This document shows positions 28,181 through 36,129 of a stretch of DNA of 63,217 nt, in pieces. Every line of letters starts with the position of its first letter. Within the stretch, counting starts at the first letter, position 1. The notes beneath the pieces are model-generated. The model was not told where the DNA came from, searched no databases, and was given only the letters and a program-made list of their open reading frames with translations. The translations under genes and the position numbers were made by a program. This DNA is from a virus (taxonomy: Duplodnaviria > Caudoviricetes): positions 1-63,217 of IMG/VR virus record IMGVR_UViG_3300021379_000848; one strand, 5' to 3'.

Positions 28181-28552
28181 TCAGTCAGTGATCGTGTTTA
28201 GATTGTAAGTTTCAACATACGCTTTCCACTTATTTACTTTTTTCAAATATTTTAAGTAATATAGGTATAGCATTTTTGCCCTCTCATCTTCAGAATCAAC
28301 TAACACACAAGTACCATCCTCGTTTCTTCTGTTTAATTGGTAAGATGTCCAACACCCATTCTGCCTGCGGATATACCCTGAAGAAAACGATGCTAACCTT
28401 AATTTCGTTTGTGATACAAAAGGTACACCCATCATGGTGTTACCAAAAGAACATGGTACTGGAAATTCAAACTCCCTAGTTCCGTTAACTCTTTGACGAT
28501 CCGTTGTAACTTCAACAGCTCCTAGTTTAAGTAGTTCACTATATACATTCAT
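28181..28552 (-). CDS. Hypothetical early protein
   Basis: Follows the RNA cluster; its stop lies inside a motif copy. Confidence 0.7.
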   Translation of the reverse strand: MNVYSELLKLGAVEVTTDRQRVNGTREFEFPVPCSFGNTMMGVPFVSQTKLRLASFSSGYIRRQNGCWTSYQLNRRNEDGTCVLVDSEDERAKMLYLYYLKYLKKVNKWKAYVETYNLNTITD

Positions 28553-28574
28553 AATTATAGTTTTTATTTGTTAG

Positions 28575-28662
28575 TGGACGTGGCAGGAATCGAACCTGCG
28601 TTTTGAAGCATTTGGACTCGGTAACCTGTTATTTATTCGCTTCGTCTAACCATTTCACGCCC
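28575..28662 (-). ncRNA. tmRNA-like RNA reduced to the tRNA-like domain (88 nt)
   Basis: Acceptor GGGCGTG/CACGTCC with G3.U70 and discriminator A; stemless D-loop AAATGGTTAGAC; helix GAAGCG/TGCTTC; T-arm GCAGG-TTCGATT-CCTGC; no anticodon arm. Confidence 0.75.
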
Positions 28663-28665
28663 AAT

Positions 28666-28747
28666 TGCAGCACCTACCTTCAATACTATCCGTCGATAGC
28701 GTCCTACTTTGGGTGGCATTACGGTATCGTAGAATACCTGTGCTGCA
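28666..28747 (-). ncRNA. Putative 82-nt multibranch RNA
   Basis: Closing stem TGCAGCAC/GTGCTGCA; internal hairpins GGTAT/ATACC and CTATC/GATAG. Confidence 0.5.
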
Positions 28748-28748
28748 T

Positions 28749-28962
28749 TGAGAAGCGGATAGACCTGGAATGTTAGGGATGCTCCCGGATTACACTAAGG
28801 AATGCACGTCATTTACTAGTATGCCCTGACTTATAACCTCAGTGTACGCTACCTAGACTTACACCCTTTTCTCTGTTTATACTATCTTTCACCGTCATCG
28901 AGCCGTTTCTCTCATCCCGCTAAGGAATTACGCCTTTAATCCGGTTTCCAGACTTCTTCTCA
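28749..28962 (-). ncRNA. Putative ~214-nt structured RNA
   Basis: Nested pairings TGAGAAG/CTTCTCA, CTGGAA/TTCCAG, CCGGATTA/TAATCCGG, TAGTAT/ATACTA; begins 24 nt downstream of motif copy 28986; no ORF in track. Confidence 0.55.
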
Positions 28963-28992
28963 GTTTTATTTTTTATTCAATTAATTTATCAT

Positions 28993-29208
28993 TTAACGAT
29001 CGTGCTCAGTTTGTAAGCACTCTAATATATATTCATACACCTGCTCTTCTATTTTATTAGAAGCCAATCTAAGCTCCAACGCTTCCCTATCTACTGCTCC
29101 GATCAGATTATATGTTAACTCATAGTCAATTCTCTGACGATCAAATAAAACACCGGAAAGTTTAGAAACAATCTTCGCTATAGCCCTCTCTTTTATCTCG
29201 CTATTCAT
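28993..29208 (-). CDS. Hypothetical early protein
   Basis: ORF ending inside a motif copy. Confidence 0.7.
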   Translation of the reverse strand: MNSEIKERAIAKIVSKLSGVLFDRQRIDYELTYNLIGAVDREALELRLASNKIEEQVYEYILECLQTEHDR

Positions 29209-29446
29209 CTTCTACCATCGATTTAAAATCAAAATCCCTAGTATACTTCAAACGTCGTTTAGCTTTAGCAAGTAACTGCTCGTAAAGCTCTACTTCGGTC
29301 ATGTATAGCAATTCCATCTTATCGCTATCATCATAGTAAAGATCATCCTCCCAAGATAACATGTCCGCTACATAATCTTCAACCACAAATATGCACTTAG
29401 AAACCACTCGGTCAATCACCTCATTTATATCTTCTGATTTATCCAT
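29201..29446 (-). CDS. Hypothetical acidic early protein
   Basis: Preceded by motif copy 29486. Confidence 0.7.
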   Translation of the reverse strand: MDKSEDINEVIDRVVSKCIFVVEDYVADMLSWEDDLYYDDSDKMELLYMTEVELYEQLLAKAKRRLKYTRDFDFKSMVEDE

Positions 29447-29645
29447 ATTAATCTATTTTTTTATATCTAATTAACTTCATTTATTTTATCACATGCTTAT
29501 CGTATCCAGATCGTAAGTACTACAAACTCCGTAATACCAACAATGTCAACGACAAACCTATCCGTATCCGCACTCCAATTCCAAACAAACCAAAGGATAT
29601 AAAATATTTACCCAATAATTCACTATAAGGGGTGGTTACCCAGTA

Positions 29646-29672
29646 TGACAAAGTGTCAGTGACAAAATGTCG
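29646..29672. repeat. Tandem TGACA-N3-TGTC(A/G) palindromes
   Basis: TGACAaagTGTCA g TGACAaaaTGTCG. Confidence 0.6.
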
Positions 29673-29707
29673 TGGTAGTGGAGCACTCGGTAATGAGTTT
29701 CAAAAAT

Positions 29708-29753
29708 GCGACACTAGCCTGTTATATAATATATAGTAGCACCCAATTGTCGC
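29708..29753 (-). repeat. GCGACA...TGTCGC element copy 2
   Basis: GCGACActagcctgttatataatatatagtagcacccaatTGTCGC. Confidence 0.85.
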
Positions 29754-29780
29754 ACTTTTTACGCTCTTTTTTTACTCTGA

Positions 29781-30365
29781 TTACTTATCTAGAATGGTGA
29801 GTACTACGCCAACTATGTCACTTAATTCTGCATATTTTCGTCTATCACTGTCAGCTGTATATTTAAATACACCCATACTGTAAAGACTAGTTCTTTTTTC
29901 ACCTCTTCTTCTTTGTAGTTCGCTGAGTAATTCTTGTAAATCCCATATTTTACCTGTTGATATCCATCCCTTGTGAGGTGAATCACTAGCAACATCGTTA
30001 AGTCTTTTTAGCTCTCCACGGATGAGGTCATCTAGGGTTTCTAGATCAGCATTGAATAAATCGGTAGGTACAGATTTTCTCTTCAGTTTTATACAGTAAT
30101 CTACTATTGATTCTTCGAAATCGTCGAAATCGTCTTTAAATAGATCTTTGTATAGCTCTTTAAATTTGCCGTATTTCACCTGTTTACCGCCTAGGTAGTA
30201 GGTTACGTCGCCATCTGGATCTTCTATGGAAGTATAACCAGGAACTACGCTTACTATGCCTCCGAATAGGTGGACTTCAGCTTTTATAAATTCATTTACT
30301 TGTATTTCGTAATCTGAAGAGAACCTTATATAGTCCTCGTGGTGGTGTCTTTTAATTAATTTCAT
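29781..30365 (-). CDS. Hypothetical early protein, 194 aa
   Basis: Preceded by motif copy 30391. Confidence 0.75.
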   Translation of the reverse strand: MKLIKRHHHEDYIRFSSDYEIQVNEFIKAEVHLFGGIVSVVPGYTSIEDPDGDVTYYLGGKQVKYGKFKELYKDLFKDDFDDFEESIVDYCIKLKRKSVPTDLFNADLETLDDLIRGELKRLNDVASDSPHKGWISTGKIWDLQELLSELQRRRGEKRTSLYSMGVFKYTADSDRRKYAELSDIVGVVLTILDK

Positions 30366-30410
30366 TGTTATTGTTTTTGTTACATTAATATTATCGATCG
30401 GTGGTCGTGT

Positions 30411-30599
30411 TTAGTTTGTAAGAATTTGTTTCATTAAATCCTCTATTAACATTTCTTCAGTTTCGCCGTCTTCTAGATCGCAGCAGCACTCTACAAAGTC
30501 AGTTACTGATTTTAATAAATCTTCTTTACCCATGTAGTTAGACTCGAATCTAAAGGCATTTAAGGTATCTTCATTCCAATAAAATTTCTTATTTTCCAT
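30411..30599 (-). CDS. Hypothetical acidic protein
   Basis: ORF track. Confidence 0.7.
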   Translation of the reverse strand: MENKKFYWNEDTLNAFRFESNYMGKEDLLKSVTDFVECCCDLEDGETEEMLIEDLMKQILTN

Positions 30600-30613
30600 A
30601 ATATTGATAATTT

Positions 30614-30874
30614 TTAAGCAGGAGATAATTCCCAGCTAACTATTTCTACCTCAACCCAGCCTTTTTCACTGTGGTTTCTATATACTCCTAATCCGTCTTT
30701 AGTTAGAATTTCTACTAACCTTCCGGCTGCTCGCCATAGATCAGGGTCAGGTGTTTCATCATGTTCGTGGTCGTACATTATGTCGCCTCTACACTGGTAG
30801 AACACATCGTCTACGTCATTCTCTACTAGTTCAAAATCCCAACCGTTTACGGTAATATTTTCACATAATTCCAT
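30614..30874 (-). CDS. Hypothetical acidic protein
   Basis: ORF track. Confidence 0.7.
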   Translation of the reverse strand: MELCENITVNGWDFELVENDVDDVFYQCRGDIMYDHEHDETPDPDLWRAAGRLVEILTKDGLGVYRNHSEKGWVEVEIVSWELSPA

Positions 30875-30876
30875 AT

Positions 30877-31080
30877 CTACTTAGTATTTAATAATTGATT
30901 CTTCATTTCCTCTAAGGCTAATTTATACCCAAAGTTCTTAGACAACTGCATTAATAAGAAGTCAGCTGATCCGTGGTTAGCTTTCGTGAATTCCTCGAGA
31001 TACTCCGCGGTAGGAGTCGCTACAATTCCTCTATCTAACATATTAAATTGTTCAGTTAAAAAGGTTTCTAATGTTTTCAT
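30877..31080 (-). CDS. Hypothetical early protein
   Basis: Preceded by motif copy 31107. Confidence 0.7.
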   Translation of the reverse strand: MKTLETFLTEQFNMLDRGIVATPTAEYLEEFTKANHGSADFLLMQLSKNFGYKLALEEMKNQLLNTK

Positions 31081-31196
31081 TGTTATTATTTTTTGTTACA
31101 CATATATTATCAATCAAAGTTCGTGTTTATTCTGTAAGTGCTATACACGGTGACCTCATCTACCGATCAATCTCTAAATCTAAATACGGTGTAGGA

Positions 31197-31233
31197 CGGA
31201 GTCTACTCTTCCGGTCTTATCTCAGAACCAGGC
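31197..31233. repeat. 37-bp dispersed repeat (second copy 32650-32686)
   Basis: CGGAGTCTACTCTTCCG.TC.TAT.TCA.AA.CAGGC in both places. Confidence 0.8.
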
Positions 31234-31327
31234 CATATAGTTTATCAAAAAGAAACCGTGTTTACGGTGCAGGTGCTATACACCCTGGGGGATTAGGTGC
31301 ATACACTTCAGTTTTTTATATTTAACA

Positions 31328-31483
31328 TTATACATATTTCTTATTCTCGTACTGAAGTTCATTATCGTAAAACTCAAAAGCCTCATCATCACCATTGCTA
31401 TCAGGACTCTCTAAGTAATACTCAAACACTTCTCTAATTAACGTTAGTTCATCATCTGTAAATCTTCTTGTATAGTATTTCAT
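31328..31483 (-). CDS. Hypothetical 51-aa acidic protein (not in ORF track)
   Basis: MKYYTRRFTDDELTLIREVFEYYLES... Confidence 0.6.
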   Translation of the reverse strand: MKYYTRRFTDDELTLIREVFEYYLESPDSNGDDEAFEFYDNELQYENKKYV

Positions 31484-31503
31484 ATCATTTGTTTTAATTG
31501 TTT

Positions 31504-31644
31504 TTAGTCTGATATTTTTTCAACGATCACAGCGTTAAGAGCCTTGGATATGATCCTAGCATGTTTCCAGCTGTAACAGTTGGCGTAAAACTTTCCTGAT
31601 CTGTCCCTGAATAGGAACGTCATCTCAGGTTTTTCTAAATTCAT
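31504..31644 (-). CDS. Hypothetical 46-aa protein (not in ORF track)
   Basis: MNLEKPEMTFLFRDRSGKFY...; preceded by motif copy 31676. Confidence 0.65.
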   Translation of the reverse strand: MNLEKPEMTFLFRDRSGKFYANCYSWKHARIISKALNAVIVEKISD

Positions 31645-31735
31645 AATATATCTATTTAATTGTTATTCACTTATGTTATCGATCAATGATCGTATTTGTT
31701 CTGTATGTATAGCACCCCGAGGGGCGACCCAAGGC

Positions 31736-32056
31736 CTACTCAGTAGCAGGCTCTAGGTCAATTCTCTCAATCACTAAGTGACGTACATTTGTTGGCATGT
31801 CTGTTGACTGTGACCAGTATCCGCGCTTATTCCAGCATGGCATTAGGTTTAACTTTGGAAGCATTGCTTCGAGTACATCGTCGTGATTGTACGTAATCTG
31901 TTGATTTTTGTTGTTCACGAAGGTGATGATTTGGTTTCGACCCAGCCAGCCTTTTCGGACTACGAAGTTTTTTCTCGTGATCGGTGGGAAAATTGCCGCC
32001 AATTCTTTTTTACTTAGTTTTGCGATTGCTTTTGTAATTGCTTCTTGATTTTTCAT
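31736..32056 (-). CDS. Hypothetical early protein
   Basis: Preceded by motif copy 32105. Confidence 0.75.
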   Translation of the reverse strand: MKNQEAITKAIAKLSKKELAAIFPPITRKNFVVRKGWLGRNQIITFVNNKNQQITYNHDDVLEAMLPKLNLMPCWNKRGYWSQSTDMPTNVRHLVIERIDLEPATE

Positions 32057-32138
32057 GATAAATTGTTTTTAATTGTTATTATTTATTTTTGTTATTCACT
32101 TATGTTATCGTTTATTCGTCGTGTTTGTTTTGTAAGAC

Positions 32139-32348
32139 TTAGAATCTTTCATAGTCTTTATGATCTAACACGTGATAGTACGAGTACCCTTTATGGTTGA
32201 ATTTCGGACGTTCATATTCTTTGTAATACTTGTTTGGTATTTCAGATATTCTGAACCCTATGTAGTAACAGAAGTCGTCTTTAAATTTCATCTTTTTTGA
32301 TCTTGGTGTTTTTGTTCTTGAGTGGTTGTGTCCTACTACTAAATCCAT
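32139..32348 (-). CDS. Hypothetical early protein
   Basis: Between motif copies. Confidence 0.65.
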   Translation of the reverse strand: MDLVVGHNHSRTKTPRSKKMKFKDDFCYYIGFRISEIPNKYYKEYERPKFNHKGYSYYHVLDHKDYERF

Positions 32349-32424
32349 ATTTAATTGTTTTTAATTATTATTATTTTCTTTATTCACTTATATTATCAAC
32401 TTTACTTCGTATCCAGTTTGTAAG

Positions 32425-32559
32425 TTAGTAATTTTCTAATATATCTTGTATTGAGTCGTTCGTTTTTGGGTGGATCGTATTAATCCAAAACCATTCTACT
32501 TCTTCGTTTGTCGGATTTTTAGATAAAAAATCTAAACATTCTAATTTTAATTCTTTCAT
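32425..32559 (-). CDS. Hypothetical 44-aa protein (not in ORF track)
   Basis: MKELKLECLDFLSKNPTNEEVEWFW...; between motif copies. Confidence 0.65.
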   Translation of the reverse strand: MKELKLECLDFLSKNPTNEEVEWFWINTIHPKTNDSIQDILENY

Positions 32560-32735
32560 TTTGTTATTGTTATTTTCTTTATTCGCTTATATTATCAATA
32601 GTACCCCGTGTTTACTCTGTAAGTGCTATACATGCTATACACTCCAGGTCGGAGTCTACTCTTCCGATCCTATTTCAAAATCAGGCTAAAATTATCCAGA
32701 CCAAAAGCTTGATCTGGATAGATATTTTTTTAGGT

Positions 32736-32882
32736 TTAGTTATCTATAGCTTGTTCTATCAGGCTTTTTAATAAGTCTAAAGCTTCTGGGCCTTTTTTAG
32801 TACCTTTTGATATATGATCCCATAAGATATCTTCTAAGCAGTAAAATTGATCTTTGTTTAGTTTAAAATTTTTAGTTTGCAT
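32736..32882 (-). CDS. Hypothetical 48-aa protein (not in ORF track)
   Basis: MQTKNFKLNKDQFYCLEDILWDHI...; motif copy upstream, hairpin TATCCAGA/TCTGGATA downstream. Confidence 0.65.
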   Translation of the reverse strand: MQTKNFKLNKDQFYCLEDILWDHISKGTKKGPEALDLLKSLIEQAIDN

Positions 32883-33057
32883 TTTAAATTGTTTTAAATT
32901 GTTATTTATTTTTCATTCAACTATATTATCAAAGTAAGACCGTGCCTAGACTGTAAGATGCTATACATGCTGTACACGCCGTTGGCGTACGTATATAACG
33001 GGTCAACCCCGAGCCCGTGTAAGGACCCAGGGAAACCCTGAATGGATAAAATGCATG

Positions 33058-33258
33058 TTATGATTCCAGATCCGGCTCAGTTATATGCCTCCAGGCCGAA
33101 GACTTAAGCCGAATGTTTTCAAGCTTTAGGTTTGTGTTCTTGAAGTCCAGCTCATCGGCTAGCTCAGCCAGTTTGTTGAGGTTTTCGATCTGGGTCGCAT
33201 CGTCAAGATGCTTATATAGTTCATGGAATAATTCTCCTACTTGTCTGTTGTACCACAT
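33058..33258 (-). CDS. Hypothetical coiled-coil protein
   Basis: ORF track. Confidence 0.6.
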   Translation of the reverse strand: MWYNRQVGELFHELYKHLDDATQIENLNKLAELADELDFKNTNLKLENIRLKSSAWRHITEPDLES

Positions 33259-33277
33259 AATTTATTGTTTTAAGGTG

Positions 33278-33436
33278 TTAATCGCGGATGAATATGCCGT
33301 TATACATGCTCCCGAACAAATTGTCATATAGGTCCTGGATTTCTTCGGTCGTGAACCCGGATAGGTCAAACTCACAGCCAAATTCTGATTCGATCTCGGC
33401 ACATAGCCACTCGCGTTTTGATGATTTGTAACTCAT
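33278..33436 (-). CDS. Hypothetical 52-aa protein, first early gene (not in ORF track)
   Basis: MSYKSSKREWLCAEIESEFGCEFDL...; preceded by motif copy 33464. Confidence 0.65.
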   Translation of the reverse strand: MSYKSSKREWLCAEIESEFGCEFDLSGFTTEEIQDLYDNLFGSMYNGIFIRD

Positions 33437-33899
33437 AATTATTATATTCTTGATTCACCTATATTATCAAAACCAGGCCGTGTCCAGACTGTAAGATGCT
33501 ATACACCTCGCTGCGCTCGGCTTGTAAGCCGGTATGCAATCGCACCACGGATCCGCAACCCCAAATCCGCACCTGAAAATTAGTACGGAATCCCAAACCA
33601 GTACACAAAAACCTTCCGGAATCCCAAAAACCCGACCCGAAATCCAAAAACCGAACGGGGGCTGGGTAAAAGAAACAGCTTTCCCAATGAGCCGGGTAGT
33701 GAAAATATGAGTATATTACCCCGAACCTCTATATTTCTAACATTTTTTTTTAACCTTTACATCTCTACTACTTCTTTTTAGGTGTTTTTCACGGGTACGG
33801 ATAGATTTTTTTTTGTCTTATGACATGCTGTTATGTGGAAATATTAAAAAAATTTTTCTCTTACGAGAATATACAAACGATAGGGAGCGAGTATAAAGT

Positions 33900-33943
33900 G
33901 CGACATAAGCCTGTTATATATAATAGTAGGGGGCAATTGTCGC
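33900..33943 (-). repeat. GCGACA...TGTCGC element copy 3
   Basis: GCGACAtaagcctgttatatataatagtagggggcaatTGTCGC in the divergent intergenic region. Confidence 0.85.
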
Positions 33944-34005
33944 AGTTTTAAAGCTTAAGAACCAGGGTGTTTAAGTGATATTATATGTGTAACTAATGTA
34001 ATAAC

Positions 34006-34275
34006 ATGGCACAGAAATTATCCCCTGCGGCGAGACGTAGGAAGAAAGCTAGGGATCTAGCGTATGCAAAGAATCCTGATAGGAGAGCTAAGAAAGCTGA
34101 GAATCAGAGGAAGCGAAGAGCTGCTAAAAAAGCGGGTAAGAATGTTGATGGAAAGGATTTTGACCATAAGAGTCGTAGGTTTAAAAGTGTTAAGGCTAAT
34201 CGAGGAAACGATGGTAATGGTACAAAGTGTGAAGGCAAGCGCAAGTATAAGGTTACAAGAGGCAGAAAAAAGTAA
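34006..34275 (+). CDS. Basic protein with degenerate HNH-like motif, first late gene
   Basis: Arg/Lys-rich helix then DGKDFDH...KANRG. Confidence 0.6.
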   Translation: MAQKLSPAARRRKKARDLAYAKNPDRRAKKAENQRKRRAAKKAGKNVDGKDFDHKSRRFKSVKANRGNDGNGTKCEGKRKYKVTRGRKK

Positions 34276-34306
34276 GCAAATCAATTAAATAATTAAATTA
34301 AATAGA

Positions 34307-35857
34307 ATGACAAAAGATGAGATTGTAAAAGATCTGTCATTTGGAACTGATGCGAGTTCTAAAATAATGGCAGGTGTAGATAAGTTAGCTAGCGCAGTGA
34401 AGTCTACTTTAGGTGCATCGGGGATGTGCGTAATTTATGAGGACCAGCTAGGTAGACCGGTGGTCACAAAAGATGGTGTAACCGTTGCGAGGAACGTAGT
34501 CTTAATGGACCCGGTCGAAAACATTGGTGCCACAATGATTAAAGAAGCGGCTAACAAAACGGTTGCTGAAGCAGGTGATGGTACAACAACCTCTACAGTA
34601 TTAGCTCAAGCGGTTTTACATGAGTTAAGAACTGCTGTAGACAGCGGAATGAGTGTCCGAACTGCCGTAGATGGTGTGAATACTTATTTAGCTAAAGTAT
34701 TAGAGTATTTAGATGAACATGCTATTGAGGTTAACGGTTCAATGTTATCAGATGTAGCTACTATTAGTTGTAATAATGACAGAGAGCTAGGTGGAATCAT
34801 CGGTGAGGCTTATGACAAAGTAGGTAGAGACGGAGTTGTTACAATTGAAAAGTCTGATACCTATGACACGTACTTAGAATTTATCGAGGGAGCACAGTTT
34901 GCTTCTGGATTACAATCGCAGTATTTTGCAACAGATACAGCGAAACTAATTGCGGAATATGAAAATCCGTTAGTATTATTGTCAGCATCGGAAATTGGAG
35001 ATATCCGTAAGATTCGCGGTATTCTAGAATATGCTATTAAACAAGATAGACCGTTATTAATTGTGGCATCGGTAGATGATAGGGTATTGCAAATATTGAT
35101 GGCTAATGTAGCTAACCACAATACGAAGATTAATGTAGTTGAACCTCCGGGGTTTGGTCCTATGCGTGAAGATGCAATCCAGGATTTAGCATTTTTAACT
35201 GGAGCGGCAGTTTTAAACGAAAACTTAGGTGACGACTTTGAATTAGCATCGACAGATATCCTAGGGGAAGCTAAAAAGGTTATCACAGATAATAAGACGA
35301 CTACGATAATGCTTGATAGCGTTCCAGAATCAGTTTCAGAGCGCATAGAGGACGTTAAAAATAAAATTAATAGCGAAACTAATGATTTCCTAAAAAAGAA
35401 GCACGAGGCTCGTTTAGCGACTTTAACCGGTAAGCTAGGAGTTATAAAAGTCGGAGCTCATTCTGAAATTGAGTACAAAGAGAAGTATGATCGAGTAGAG
35501 GATGCGGTTTATGCGACAAAAGCTGCTTATAAGGAAGGAATTGTTGCCGGTGGCGGTGTTGCTTTGTTAAATGCTTCAACCCTAGTGCCTGTTTCTAGTG
35601 AAGGTGAAAGATTATTGGCTTCAGCTATCATGAATCCGTATATTACAATTATAGACAACGCAGGGTTGGATGCGGTTTTCCCACAAGACAAAGATCACGG
35701 GTTAGATGTTAAGTCCGGTAAAGATGTTAATATGATTGAAGCGGGTATTATTGACCCTGTGTTAGTAACTAAAACAGCTTTAATCAATGCGGTTAGTGTA
35801 GCTACGACGATTATTTCAGCAAATTGTGTAATTAGTAACAAAAGAATCACAGTATAA
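34307..35857 (+). CDS. groEL: Chaperonin GroEL (Cpn60)
   Basis: VKSTLG, VTKDGVTVA, AGDGTTT, GIVAGGG, GIIDP; no GGM tail. Confidence 0.97.
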   Translation: MTKDEIVKDLSFGTDASSKIMAGVDKLASAVKSTLGASGMCVIYEDQLGRPVVTKDGVTVARNVVLMDPVENIGATMIKEAANKTVAEAGDGTTTSTVLAQAVLHELRTAVDSGMSVRTAVDGVNTYLAKVLEYLDEHAIEVNGSMLSDVATISCNNDRELGGIIGEAYDKVGRDGVVTIEKSDTYDTYLEFIEGAQFASGLQSQYFATDTAKLIAEYENPLVLLSASEIGDIRKIRGILEYAIKQDRPLLIVASVDDRVLQILMANVANHNTKINVVEPPGFGPMREDAIQDLAFLTGAAVLNENLGDDFELASTDILGEAKKVITDNKTTTIMLDSVPESVSERIEDVKNKINSETNDFLKKKHEARLATLTGKLGVIKVGAHSEIEYKEKYDRVEDAVYATKAAYKEGIVAGGGVALLNASTLVPVSSEGERLLASAIMNPYITIIDNAGLDAVFPQDKDHGLDVKSGKDVNMIEAGIIDPVLVTKTALINAVSVATTIISANCVISNKRITV

Positions 35858-36126
35858 TGGAAGCAATAGGATATTATGTAATCGTTGAAAAGATTAAAGA
35901 AGAACCGAAAAAAGTTGGAGGATTAGCGTTAACTGAAGCTCAAAATAAAGATATTCGCTATAGTAAAGGTAAAATTATTACAAAAGGAGAGTTGGTTCCT
36001 GATAGTGTAGTATTACAGGGTGTGTGCTGGTACGATAAAGCAGCAGGACATTCAATTCAATATATTGATGATAAGATATATCAAGTATTAAGATACGACC
36101 GTGGGGATATTGTCTTAATTGAATAA
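35857..36126 (+). CDS. groES: Co-chaperonin GroES-like
   Basis: Adjacent to GroEL; KKVGGLAL mobile-loop-like segment and KGKII..G. Confidence 0.8.
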   Translation: MEAIGYYVIVEKIKEEPKKVGGLALTEAQNKDIRYSKGKIITKGELVPDSVVLQGVCWYDKAAGHSIQYIDDKIYQVLRYDRGDIVLIE

Positions 36127-36129
36127 TCA

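Larger units (their letters stand above)
18977..33495 (-). promoter_or_regulatory. 15 dispersed 32-bp copies of CTTACA-N7-YACG-N10-GATAA (putative early promoter)
   Basis: Plus-strand starts 18977, 24824, 25159, 26374, 28178, 28986, 29486, 30391, 31107, 31676, 32105, 32393, 32592, 32926, 33464; invariant spacing; 14 lie ~25-50 nt upstream of a minus-strand ATG and one precedes the ncRNA cluster. Confidence 0.85.

Noticed and set aside
28575-28662. Canonical tRNA gene
   Set aside because: No D-stem and no 7-nt anticodon loop; features fit the tmRNA tRNA-like domain better
28749-28962. RNase P RNA (AAGTCTGG, ACAGAGA, GGAGCA resemble conserved regions)
   Set aside because: The pairings are nested rather than forming the P4 pseudoknot, and the matches are too loose to call without a covariance model
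32975-33045. Additional ncRNA from GC-rich hairpins (ACGGG/CCCGT, CAGGG/CCCTG)
   Set aside because: Short stems explainable as terminator or stabiliser hairpins; insufficient evidence
18977-33495. CRISPR array made of the repeated motif
   Set aside because: Copies are gapped, degenerate and separated by whole genes; no cas genes
34006-34275. Mobile HNH homing endonuclease
   Set aside because: Motif is truncated and there is no intron or insertion context; kept only as a basic late protein
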